From Pseudomonadota bacterium (GTDB lineage: Bacteria > Bdellovibrionota_C > UBA2361 > OMII01), in contig JAYPVM010000004.1 of NCBI GenBank assembly GCA_038134595.1, positions 69,573 to 133,572 of the forward strand: a stretch of DNA of 64,000 bases, written 5' to 3'. The notes under the pieces were generated by a model that worked only from the letters and a program-made list of their open reading frames with translations, made no database searches and was not told the origin of the DNA. Shown piece by piece: positions 48,896-57,856 of this stretch. The position numbers were made by a program, and so were the translations under genes. Numbering within the stretch: position 1 is the stretch's first letter; every line of letters starts with the position of its first letter.

Positions 48896-49912
48896 CTACA
48901 GCAGTCCAGTTGCAAGTAGAAGCCAGCGATACTCTGTAGGTGCTCCTGAGCGAGCATTAGCTCCCATTTGAGTCCAGCTTCGGGCTTTGAAAATAAAATG
49001 AATGTTTCCGTCCTTGTCTAGTGCTCCTTGTGGTGGATTCGGGTCTTGAGCTCCTTGGCGTGTTGCGTTCTCTAGAACTCGATCAAAGGAGCTGCTCCCA
49101 GAGGAGGTTTTGAGAGACACACTACGCAGACGCCCCTCGGGAGAGAGGACCGCTTCGATGATTGAGAACGAATGAACTTGACGGATGTCATGTGCACGTA
49201 ATGTGTCCCATCCTTCTGAGCGGAGTTGGGTAAATACTTGAATGGCAACTCTTCGAACAAAACTTGCGTATAGGTTGGCCTTTGCGTTGAGAAGGGTGAT
49301 ATCTCCATCGGGTAGGTTGGGAAGATGATCGCTGATACCTCCGGTTCCAATAAAGGTGGCACCGCTTCCCCTAGGTCTCGCAAATGCTTTGTAATCTGAG
49401 GGGTCGGAAATTTTATTCTCTGTGGCTGGAGTTTTTGAGGACTTGCCCGTAGCACGAAATTTATCGCTTAGCGTTGAGCTGTCGAGTCGAAGATCTTTTA
49501 GAGTTAGCTTTGAGCCAGGCGATCTGGTGTGTTGCTTCTCTTTCTGTTGGTTGGTGTGCGGTGAGGTTTTCTGTTGTGGCTGTTTGGGTTGGAGGGATTG
49601 CTGTGTTTTATCATTCGTAGGGGACGGTGCACCACCAGTCCCACGGCGAATTTGCTCCACCTCGGTGCGCGCGTTCTGGTCTGAGAGTTTCTTTGTGTCT
49701 AACGGCGTTTCTTTTGTGGTTGTCGCAGGCGGAGAGACGATTTGTGGTGTCCTGTCCTCTCGTTCAAACGAAACAGTAAAGACGGGGATCTCTGGGGGTA
49801 GGCCGGGGTTTAGGTAGGTCAGTAGGGCTAGAATTGAGGCGTGTATGAAAAGTGACGCAAGAAGCCCCGCTCGGTCAAAAGAGGATGATTTGGATTTGCC
49901 GATAGTTCTCAT
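48896..49912 (-). CDS. Energy transducer TonB family protein
   Basis: TM SLFIH motif, Pro/Gln/Lys-rich linker, TLLNA, C-terminal SSG...FD...A..P.PP. Confidence 0.75.
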   Translation of the reverse strand: MRTIGKSKSSSFDRAGLLASLFIHASILALLTYLNPGLPPEIPVFTVSFEREDRTPQIVSPPATTTKETPLDTKKLSDQNARTEVEQIRRGTGGAPSPTNDKTQQSLQPKQPQQKTSPHTNQQKEKQHTRSPGSKLTLKDLRLDSSTLSDKFRATGKSSKTPATENKISDPSDYKAFARPRGSGATFIGTGGISDHLPNLPDGDITLLNAKANLYASFVRRVAIQVFTQLRSEGWDTLRAHDIRQVHSFSIIEAVLSPEGRLRSVSLKTSSGSSSFDRVLENATRQGAQDPNPPQGALDKDGNIHFIFKARSWTQMGANARSGAPTEYRWLLLATGLL

Positions 49913-50188
49913 GGTGGACTTCGTTTCTTCAAGCTTTCTGTCAAGCTCTGAAAAGGGGACTTGAATATGTGCACGTTTTTTAGTCTAGCGGCTAATCTGT
50001 TGGGTGAAAATAGATGGCATCACTGTAATGATGAGATAGTATTCTTATCGACTAAATGTGGCTAACAACTTGATATAGCAGCGCTATCTTATAGGCTCTC
50101 ACCCTTTTTGTGTTCCAATGGTTGTTTGAATTGTGTAATGAGAGGTATGCTAGGTCGTGTTTTTGCTTTCGCGAGGAGAGGTCGCAGT

Positions 50189-50404
50189 ATGTTAAGTCCA
50201 GTTGAGATTGGTGTTGTTGCTGTAGTGGTTGTTTTATTGTTTGGAACAAGAAAGTTGCCAGAGCTTGGTTCGGGCCTCGGGAAGGCTATAAGCAATTTCA
50301 AAAGGTCGTATCGAGAGGCATCAGAGATAGACGTTACTCCTTCGGAGAAGGGTCCCTCGGTTGATGACGCCAAGCAAGGGGACTCGACTGGTTCTGGAAG
50401 CTAG
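50189..50404 (+). CDS. tatA: Twin-arginine translocase TatA
   Basis: LLFGTRKLPELGSGLGKAISNFK; RBS GAGGAG. Confidence 0.92.
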   Translation: MLSPVEIGVVAVVVVLLFGTRKLPELGSGLGKAISNFKRSYREASEIDVTPSEKGPSVDDAKQGDSTGSGS

Positions 50405-50559
50405 TGTTTAGGATCTACACAATCCCGCAAGCTCTGTGATTATCTCATTCTCTCTGGTTCTTAAAAATTAGTATGGTGGGATTAATTGTAGCGAATGAGC
50501 TAGGCTGTTTCCTTGTGTATGGTACGGGTTGAATGGTCTTGTTGATTGTCTATTTAAGC

Positions 50560-51987
50560 CTACTGACCTACAGAAAAAATCCTACCCGAAAAGAAAGCAA
50601 GAGTTTCCGCTGAAAGTTGGTTTTGAGCGGAGTCCTCGGATTCGGGTAATAGAGCAATCGTAAATGGAACTGATTCGCCGGGTTTGATGCTGGTTTGGAC
50701 AGTGTTGATAGAGGTTTGAAATTGCTTGACGGTTTCGAGTGTTAGGTCTTCTATTTTTTCTCTGTGAAGAGCTGAACGCAGGGGAGTTTTGACTCGGACC
50801 GCGGGGATTCCTTGGCGATTAAAGCCAATAGCTTCTACTACAACCTGATCGAATGATTTAGTCTCCCGATTAAGAACTATTCCCCGGACTATCGGAATCG
50901 TCTCACCCGAACGAGTTTGTTTGAATTCAAAGGTCAGGTTCTGCACCAAAAGACGATTTGGTGGTGTTATAAGTTGCTTTCCTGACAGCGCAGTCGGAAT
51001 TACGGCTCCAAAAACGTTGTCGACAGTTTGTGGCATGATACGTGTAAGTATTCCTAGGAGTATTACAACGCATGATGCTTTGACGATCGGCCGTATCATT
51101 CGAAAGAGGTCTTTATTTTTATCTACAAAGCGGGAGAAGGTTTCTTTTCCTTTCGCTGTAATGCCTTGAGCCTGAGCGGTTTTTCTCTTGCTTATGAATG
51201 CCTGATTTGCTTCCTGTCGTGGGGGCTTTGAGTCTCTTTGAATAGTGGGTGGAGATGGTTTTTTGAAATCAGCCGCCTCTGAATGCTGAGTGACGGATTG
51301 TGCGTGTTTCTTGGGCTCGTCGTTTCTTGTTTTAAACGGACTGTCAAAAAGAGAGCAGATGTCCCATGGCGTTCTCGTCTCTTGATTTGCATCGTTGGTT
51401 GTAGCACTTGCCAATGCTTCTTGAGAGCTTTGGCCGTTAATTCCCAACCTAGCTGCCCGCGCAACGAACTCTCCTCTAGTAATTGAGGACGGTGAGGTGG
51501 AGCTGTCTGAAAATCCGAGGAGAGCTCGACCTGCCGTATGCTCTATCGTCGGACGGTTTGCAGGCGATTGATAGCTGGCCTCGCCGAGTGAGAAATCAGA
51601 TGGCCGAAGTGCGCTTTGTCGCGAGTCGTTTTCCCGTTTTTCAGAGCAACTGGCTGATTCGGATGAGTTGTTATTTGTAGGAAGTGGGCGAGTCTGGCCT
51701 GAATTATGCGAGACTTCTGCTGGGAATGAAGAAGAGGACGTAAGGTTAGTGGGCCTCGAATGGGTGAGGTTTTTGGTGGTATAGCTGAACTCGAAGACGG
51801 CGTCACACCGAGAACAATGGAATTTTGGGGTCTCATAGGAGGCTATCAGACCGCTTTCAACAGCGAATTTAGTTTGGCAACACGGACAGCTAACAACCAT
51901 ATGTGGCTCGGAGGATTCCTCATGTGTGAGAATACTTGGTTGCTTCTCGTTATGAGCGGTTTTGCGAGAAAGTGTGCGTGTACTCAC
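50560..51987 (-). CDS. Zinc-ribbon (MJ0042-type) membrane protein with DUF3426-like periplasmic domain
   Basis: CPCCQTKF...HCSRCDAVF, disordered linker, TM, VRGIVLN...IKPGESVPF. Start may be ATG 51900. Confidence 0.7.
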   Translation of the reverse strand: MSTRTLSRKTAHNEKQPSILTHEESSEPHMVVSCPCCQTKFAVESGLIASYETPKFHCSRCDAVFEFSYTTKNLTHSRPTNLTSSSSFPAEVSHNSGQTRPLPTNNNSSESASCSEKRENDSRQSALRPSDFSLGEASYQSPANRPTIEHTAGRALLGFSDSSTSPSSITRGEFVARAARLGINGQSSQEALASATTNDANQETRTPWDICSLFDSPFKTRNDEPKKHAQSVTQHSEAADFKKPSPPTIQRDSKPPRQEANQAFISKRKTAQAQGITAKGKETFSRFVDKNKDLFRMIRPIVKASCVVILLGILTRIMPQTVDNVFGAVIPTALSGKQLITPPNRLLVQNLTFEFKQTRSGETIPIVRGIVLNRETKSFDQVVVEAIGFNRQGIPAVRVKTPLRSALHREKIEDLTLETVKQFQTSINTVQTSIKPGESVPFTIALLPESEDSAQNQLSAETLAFFSGRIFSVGQ

Positions 51988-52525
51988 TCTATACCTATCA
52001 TTTAACTAATGACCCGACTATGAAGCTAATAAACTACCGCCACAGTATTTTGCGGCCAGTACCCGTTTTAAAGCTGTACCAAAGCGTTAACAACCCCCCA
52101 AGCCAAGGTGCCAAAAACCAAGGTCTTCTAGCTCGTCACGCTGCACCACAAACGGTCCGTGGCGTGACTCAAAAGCCTTTACCTGGAGTGCTCCTATCTA
52201 GTACTTCAGATGCCGCTTGAGGTAATTCGAAGCAGTCAAAGTACATAGCTTAAGTAGTTTCAACAGTATAGGTGTTAAGTTGGATTTGTACTAGGTGTAA
52301 TCTTCGTACTAACTTTACTTTTATCATACAGGCAAGCAGAGTGTTTGGAGCAGTAGGAGGCGGCTCGGCATGTGGAGAAAGACGTGAGATTGGTGTAGCG
52401 TCTATTTAAGTTGTTACGGCAGTCGCGATTTTTTTTTTGAAGATACGCTCTGGGGCGAACGTGAAGGTGGAGGTGCCGGTATTAGGTATGACGATACTAA
52501 GACGGCTACGTTGGATTAATTTACT

Positions 52526-53392
52526 ATGAAACATAAGAGATCGAGCTCGCAAAAAAAACATAATAATTCATATGCTCGGTCTGAGAGGGGAGGGAAAAAC
52601 TCCAGTTCCAAAGGCCTGAAAGTACCACCGGGTACCGCGCTTGTGATGGGAAGACATTGCATCTCGGAGATTTTAAAGTATGAATCAGCCAGATTTCGTG
52701 AGGTTTTTGTTGCTGAACGGCGAGATTCTGGGGAGGCAGTAGACGGGCGCCGTGCTGAACTTATCAATGCATTAAAAGAACTTGGCATTTCTGTTTCCGA
52801 GTTACCAAAACATGAACTTACCGATTTGGTGAGCTCGGAATCTCACCAGGGTTTTGTCGGACTAGTGTCTGTTCGCCCTGTGTTATCACTGGATGCTTTG
52901 GTTGCGCGAGTTGAAGATCAACAAGAGATCGGTATTCTTGCTCTTGATGGGGTTCTCGATCCTCAAAACATGGGGGCAATTCTGAGAGCGGCAGAGTGTT
53001 TTGGGGTGTCTGCAGTCTTGTTTTCTCGAAATCGGAGCGCGGATGTCGGACCTGTTATCGCCAAGGCGAGTGTCGGGGCTAGTGAGTTAATTGATATGTG
53101 TCCAGTTGGTAATCTCTACCAAGCGATTGAGCGATTGAAGGCTGTCGGGGCCTGGAGCATTGGCGCGGTTGTTTCACCGGAGGCAAAAGACTTGGCTAGC
53201 TTTGAATCACCTGAGAAATGGGTCCTTGTCATGGGCTCTGAGGGGTCTGGTATTCAGCGCCTTATTGGAGAGCGACTGGATTTTTCGATTTATATCCCGA
53301 TGCAGGGGCGAATTTCGTCATTAAATGTGAGCCAAGCCACGGCAGTATTTCTAAGTCGTCTTTCGGAATCGGCAACTGCTGTCCACAGCTAG
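52526..53392 (+). CDS. rlmB: 23S rRNA Gm2251 methyltransferase (SPOUT)
   Basis: HQG, LDGVLDPQNMGAILR, GSEGSG, IPMQG.ISSLNVS. Confidence 0.9.
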   Translation: MKHKRSSSQKKHNNSYARSERGGKNSSSKGLKVPPGTALVMGRHCISEILKYESARFREVFVAERRDSGEAVDGRRAELINALKELGISVSELPKHELTDLVSSESHQGFVGLVSVRPVLSLDALVARVEDQQEIGILALDGVLDPQNMGAILRAAECFGVSAVLFSRNRSADVGPVIAKASVGASELIDMCPVGNLYQAIERLKAVGAWSIGAVVSPEAKDLASFESPEKWVLVMGSEGSGIQRLIGERLDFSIYIPMQGRISSLNVSQATAVFLSRLSESATAVHS

Positions 53393-53698
53393 ATGTCACC
53401 TTAGCCCCAGGGGGAACAAGAAATCCACTGTGGGTGCAGATAGTTATGCTCTTTTAGCGGTAAGCGAAGAGGGAAATTAAAGGGGTAAGAGTCGTAGACA
53501 AAGGTAAGGGCTTGTTGTTAAAGTAACTTAAAGCTTCATTGATTTTGCTAGTCGCTTCAAATTGGGTTTGAAATATCTGGCGAATCAATTACAACTATCG
53601 CTTGGTTTATGAGCGGTACAACGCGTTTCGCTTGAAGGAAAGATGTGAGCACCGGCCGGCGCCACATGTGACACGGATAGTAGACTTTGGGAGTGGTA

Positions 53699-54520
53699 AT
53701 GTCTTCAGGGGAGCAGTTCTCACGATTTTTTGAGGTTAAACTTGACCTGTTTGATGGGCCGATTGATTTGCTCCTTCACTTAGTTAAAAAACGGGAACTC
53801 CCAATCGAAAAAGTTTCGCTGGCCCAAGTTACGGGGCAGTATTTGGAGTGTATTAAATCTCTACAGTATTATGATGTTGAGTTGGCGGCAGAGTATCTGG
53901 TAATAGCTGCAACTCTATTATCAGTAAAGGCTAGTGTGTTGTTACAAGATCCCGTTGAACTGGTGGTCGATGATACTGGAGCACTAGTCGATCCGCATGA
54001 TGAATTGGTTGCACGGCTTCGGGAGCTGGAAGAGATCCGATTGGCGGCAAGTGATCTACAGAAGCGACCAGTTTTAGGTCTTGATGTTTTTGCGCCTCCA
54101 AGCAAAGGCAAAGTAAAGATGGATGCAAATCTTATTCCCTTGGCAGAGCATCAATCGGAATTACTAACGCGAGCGTTTCAGCGGGTACTTGCAAATCTCG
54201 GTGAACGTTCTCAGGTTTTTGAGATCACGGTAGACCCCGTTTCGGTTGTGGAGCGGATGAGGAGTGTGATTGACTCAATCGAATCTGCCGGAGGAAGAAT
54301 TTGCTTCTCTGATTTAGTAGGGAGTAACCCTGAGCGTGTTTCAATCATTGGTGTTTTTATAGCGCTGTTAGAGTTGTGCAAGCGTCACATGATATCAGTG
54401 TCTCAAGACGTTCCTAATGGAGATATCTCTATTCGCAAGGTGTCAGAGGATAGTCAAGGAGAACCCATTGTAGAGAATAGCGATGAGGTTCAGGTGTCTA
54501 GTGTCACAGCTGCTGCCTGA
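53699..54520 (+). CDS. scpA: Segregation/condensation protein A
   Basis: FDGPIDLLLHLV, AEYLVIAATL, FIALLELCK. Confidence 0.92.
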   Translation: MSSGEQFSRFFEVKLDLFDGPIDLLLHLVKKRELPIEKVSLAQVTGQYLECIKSLQYYDVELAAEYLVIAATLLSVKASVLLQDPVELVVDDTGALVDPHDELVARLRELEEIRLAASDLQKRPVLGLDVFAPPSKGKVKMDANLIPLAEHQSELLTRAFQRVLANLGERSQVFEITVDPVSVVERMRSVIDSIESAGGRICFSDLVGSNPERVSIIGVFIALLELCKRHMISVSQDVPNGDISIRKVSEDSQGEPIVENSDEVQVSSVTAAA

Positions 54521-54576
54521 TAAATTGGCAGATGGGTAAGCGTTCAAAGAAAAATGAAGTGGGAGTTGTTTGAAGG

Positions 54577-55293
54577 ATGAATGAGCAAGCAGAAATACAT
54601 GAGGAAGATCTGGTGCAAGAAATTGCTGAGCCTCAGGTGGCTGAAGGAGACACAGGGGCAAAGCGGAGTCCGGAGCAAGAAGTAGCACTTCTCGAGGCTC
54701 TTTTGCTAGCTCATGGAGACCCAATTGCTTTGTCTAAGCTGCAAGAGGTGTTTGGGCTATCCAAGAAAGAGCTTATGGGTACAGTCGATAGATTACAGGA
54801 ACTGTGTCTTGCAGAAACGCGAGGTATTGAGGTCGTTGTTGTTGGCGAGAAGCTTCAGATGCGGACTAAGTCGTGTTTTGCTGAACAGATTCGACAAGTG
54901 ATGGCGGTAAAACCTCGAAGACTCTCTCAGGCGGCTCTTGAAACTCTCTCTGTGATTGCATATCGACAGCCGATTGTAAAAAGTGAGATGGATAAGATTC
55001 GGGGAGTTGATGTCTCACCTACCTTAAAGACGCTTTCAGAGCGACAATTAATCAAGATTCTAGGATATCAAGCCTCTGTCGGGCAGCCCGCGTTGTATGG
55101 GACTACCGATGAATTTTTAAAAATCTTTGGGCTTCCGTCGCTTTCGGCTTTGCCAGCAATTGGTGATTTGCAGGCACTGATAAAGGAACCAGGCGAGGCG
55201 CAACAGGCGCAGGAGGAGCATCTTGTCGAAGATGATGAAGAGCAGGCTCAAACAGGGGCTCCCGCCACGCAAGAGCAGAGCACGAGCTTGTAG
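54577..55293 (+). CDS. scpB: Segregation/condensation protein B
   Basis: LEALL, LSQAALETLSVIAYRQP, IRGV, YGTTDEFL. Confidence 0.94.
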   Translation: MNEQAEIHEEDLVQEIAEPQVAEGDTGAKRSPEQEVALLEALLLAHGDPIALSKLQEVFGLSKKELMGTVDRLQELCLAETRGIEVVVVGEKLQMRTKSCFAEQIRQVMAVKPRRLSQAALETLSVIAYRQPIVKSEMDKIRGVDVSPTLKTLSERQLIKILGYQASVGQPALYGTTDEFLKIFGLPSLSALPAIGDLQALIKEPGEAQQAQEEHLVEDDEEQAQTGAPATQEQSTSL

Positions 55294-55445
55294 TTGGGCC
55301 GTAAGGCGAGTATATCGGGTCGTTTTTTCTTACCTTTTTGGCAAAATGTGACTGAAAGCGGCTGCGGGTAGTGCTTTATGTAGTGTAATCTGTACAATGA
55401 GGTTGCAGGGTTCGTTTGTCCTGCATTGGGAGTGCAAAATTTCGT

Positions 55446-56357
55446 ATGACTCGTATTAGATTGCAAAAATTCTTGGCAGAGTGTGGTGTTGGTTCTCGCC
55501 GAAAGATGGAAGAGTCTATTCGAGAGGGCAGGGTGCGTGTCAATGGGATGGTTGTTACGACCCTGGGGAAACAGATTGATCCAACGCATGATTCGGTGGA
55601 GTTTAATCGGCGGAAGGTTCGACCACTTGAAAAAGGATTAATGCTTCTCAATAAACCTCGTGGAGTAGTTTCAACGCTTAGCGATCCCGAGGGAAGGCGC
55701 ACGGTCGGAGACTTTCTTACTAAGAAGCAGTACTCGTATTTTCCAGTTGGGAGGTTGGACTGGGACTCAACGGGACTTATGTTGCTGACAAACGATGGTG
55801 AGCTCGCTGAGCGACTGATGCATCCTCGTTACGGTTTTGAGAGAGTATACCATGCAAGAGTAGAAGGCTCTGTTTCCGTTTCGACTTTAACGAAATTACA
55901 AAGAGGAATCCGTCTGTCGGGAGTAGTCGTCAAGGCTGCGGGAGCTATCCTCAAGAGTGATTCAAACTCGACTTGGATTGAGGTTACCATTGCCGAGGGA
56001 AGAAATCGGGTTGTTCGTCGTATCTTTGAAAAACTCGGGCATCCTGTGATCAAATTGAAGCGAATTGTATACGGACCCTTGAAACTAGGAAAGCTTCAGG
56101 TAGGTCAGGTTCGGACTCTTACCCAGTCTGAGTATGAGAACGTCCGAAAAAAAGTTTTTAGTAATAAACAGAGTGAATCGACTGAGAAGGGTGCTGTCGC
56201 CGCAAACAGAAACGACACCACAGAGAAAGATGGCGTTGCAAAGTCCCCTTCAGTAAAAACTCTGGGGAAAAGGGATAGAAAACAATCGAATACCGGGTCC
56301 ACAAAGAAAAGCAGTCGAACAAGGAGAGGTCAAAACACTCGCCGAAGAATCAGATAG
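55446..56357 (+). CDS. rluB: Ribosomal pseudouridine synthase (RluB/RsuA family)
   Basis: RLQKFLA..G.SRR, NKPRG, VGRLD, EGRNR; scpA-scpB-rluB synteny. Confidence 0.88.
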   Translation: MTRIRLQKFLAECGVGSRRKMEESIREGRVRVNGMVVTTLGKQIDPTHDSVEFNRRKVRPLEKGLMLLNKPRGVVSTLSDPEGRRTVGDFLTKKQYSYFPVGRLDWDSTGLMLLTNDGELAERLMHPRYGFERVYHARVEGSVSVSTLTKLQRGIRLSGVVVKAAGAILKSDSNSTWIEVTIAEGRNRVVRRIFEKLGHPVIKLKRIVYGPLKLGKLQVGQVRTLTQSEYENVRKKVFSNKQSESTEKGAVAANRNDTTEKDGVAKSPSVKTLGKRDRKQSNTGSTKKSSRTRRGQNTRRRIR

Positions 56358-56391
56358 TAAACGTTTTATGCAAAAAACTCCCCGCTTCTAG

Positions 56392-56420
56392 TTGCTACTA
56401 ACGGTGTATGTGTGTAGTAT
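56392..56420 (+). promoter_or_regulatory. Sigma70-type promoter for the tRNA locus
   Basis: TTGCTA (56392-97), 17-nt spacer, TAGTAT (56415-20). Confidence 0.65.
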
Positions 56421-56507
56421 CGGTAGACCGTTACGGAGCAGGACAGCTCTTCAGAAAATATAGCTGGAGAGATTGAAAGTCTTAGTTGGTCAGTATCGGA
56501 TGCTTAT

Positions 56508-56585
56508 TGCGGGGTAGAGCAGCCCGGTTAGCTCGTCAGGCTCATAACCTGGAGGTCGTGGGTTCAAATCCCACCCCCGCTTCCA
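56508..56585 (+). tRNA. Initiator-type tRNA-fMet (CAT)
   Basis: Full cloverleaf: acceptor TGCGGGG/CCCCGCT with 1:72 mismatch, A11-U24 pair, anticodon CAT at 56543-45, T arm GTGGG-TTCAAAT-CCCAC, encoded CCA. Confidence 0.96.
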
Positions 56586-56645
56586 TTTTTTCTTTTTTCG
56601 TTCATTTTTCATTTATTACATATTTAGCTTGCTTCCACGGGCGAA

Positions 56646-57056
56646 TTTAGACCGACGCGGTTACCATGTGCAGATTAGAGCAGCGAATTAGTTGACTAGT
56701 CGGCTTTGTGGTCGAGTGAATCTTTCAACCATAGTAGATGAAAGCAGCTGATAGGAGATAGGCTTTAGTCTACGGCGCCATGTTCCAATAGACTCACGTT
56801 GGAAGGGGGTGTGTGAATAGGTGCACCGGCGGGTCCGGCTTGAGGTACAGGAGTCCTTGTAGCTGAGTTTGTGAAAACGAGTAAGCCAGCAAGGACCATA
56901 AGCTCGGAATCTTGCATCTAGCCGTATTGAAATAAAAGCCACCAGTTTGGTCGGGCGACACTTTTGATAAGTTTGAAGGTTATCAGAAGGTAACGGACCA
57001 GGCTTGTGGGGATATAGCTGCCGTGCGGAAAGGTACGCGCGATACGCGAATCTAAA
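56646..57056 (+). ncRNA. Candidate large structured non-coding RNA, family unassigned
   Basis: Over a dozen mostly nested stems with G-U pairs on the + strand, paired ends (TTTAGA/TCTAAA), a GNRA loop and no credible CDS. Confidence 0.65.
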
Positions 57057-57081
57057 GTTTTCAACGCCTTGCGGGAAAGCT

Positions 57082-57414
57082 TTAGTATTCTTTATCTATC
57101 TCGTCATCGGAGATAGTCTCTCCGTTGATGGCGCGACGCAAAAGCTGACTTGGCTTAAATTTCACTACTTTTCTAGCACGTAGTATTATGGTCTCCCGAG
57201 TTTGAGGGTTTCTCCCACGTCGAGCAGGTTTTGACTTTACTTCGTAGCAACCGAAGCCGGAGAGCATAACCTTGCCGTCTCGGTCTAGAGCTTCTTTTAT
57301 TAGCTCGATGTAGTCTTCAATGATGAGCGCAGCTTTTTGCTTGTCGGTATCAATAGCTGCATATATCGCATCAGCTAAGTCTGCCTTTGTTAAACAATAG
57401 CGAGAGTTGCCCAT
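57082..57414 (-). CDS. ihfA: Integration host factor alpha / HU family
   Basis: LTKADLA, VMLSGFG, RRGRNPQT, RKVVKFKPSQ. Start ATG 57414 after GGAG. Confidence 0.82.
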   Translation of the reverse strand: MGNSRYCLTKADLADAIYAAIDTDKQKAALIIEDYIELIKEALDRDGKVMLSGFGCYEVKSKPARRGRNPQTRETIILRARKVVKFKPSQLLRRAINGETISDDEIDKEY

Positions 57415-57856
57415 AGTGGTTCTCCAATTTTTGATACGTTTGATCGTCAATTATCGTACTTTGTTAAGGATGACAAGATGTTGCGAAAGGAAGCTGAGTA
57501 GAGAAGTATTCAATCACCAACAAGGCGGCCTTCCTTTTGTTACTCAGATTCTTCTTCGAGCAGTGCTAGTCAATAATCATGTCACGACCAGGTGTCTCTA
57601 TAAGTCTAGCGATTCTGGTTGTTTAACACAATCCCAGTATATAAGACGCACAAGCTAGGGGATATAGATTCAGTAAGTTATGAATATCTCGTTTTTAAAT
57701 TAAAAGACCCATATGCCACACGCTGTTTATAAAAATACGTTCTATATTATACGGCGATAAAAACAGATAAACGGGGCGCAGATCCGCAAGTCTTGAGTCC
57801 TACTGACCTTTCGCGGAGGGCAATTCATGAATCGTTGGGAGGTTATTTGCCGCCTA

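Noticed and set aside
51936..52520. Small ORFs or an ncRNA in the long intergenic region before rlmB
   Set aside because: No recognisable protein motif and no consistent nested stems.
56688..56942. 84-aa minus-strand ORF
   Set aside because: No RBS or recognisable motif; it lies antisense to the structured RNA candidate.
56646..57056. RNase P RNA, tmRNA or group I intron as the identity of the structured region
   Set aside because: GATGAAAGC and GGACCAGGCTTG loosely echo RNase P conserved regions, but they do not form P4 and GAGGAAAGUCC is absent. There is no tRNA-like T arm or CCA for tmRNA. GATATAGCTG resembles a group I S element but lacks the G-C guanosine-binding pair, and the adjacent tRNA is uninterrupted.
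57770..57856. c-di-GMP-I riboswitch-like words on the minus strand upstream of ihfA (GGCAAA...CGAAAG...GGACTCAAGAC...GGATCT)
   Set aside because: The spacing between GGCAAA and GAAA is wrong, no P2 stem forms and the 3' P1/P3 strand is missing.
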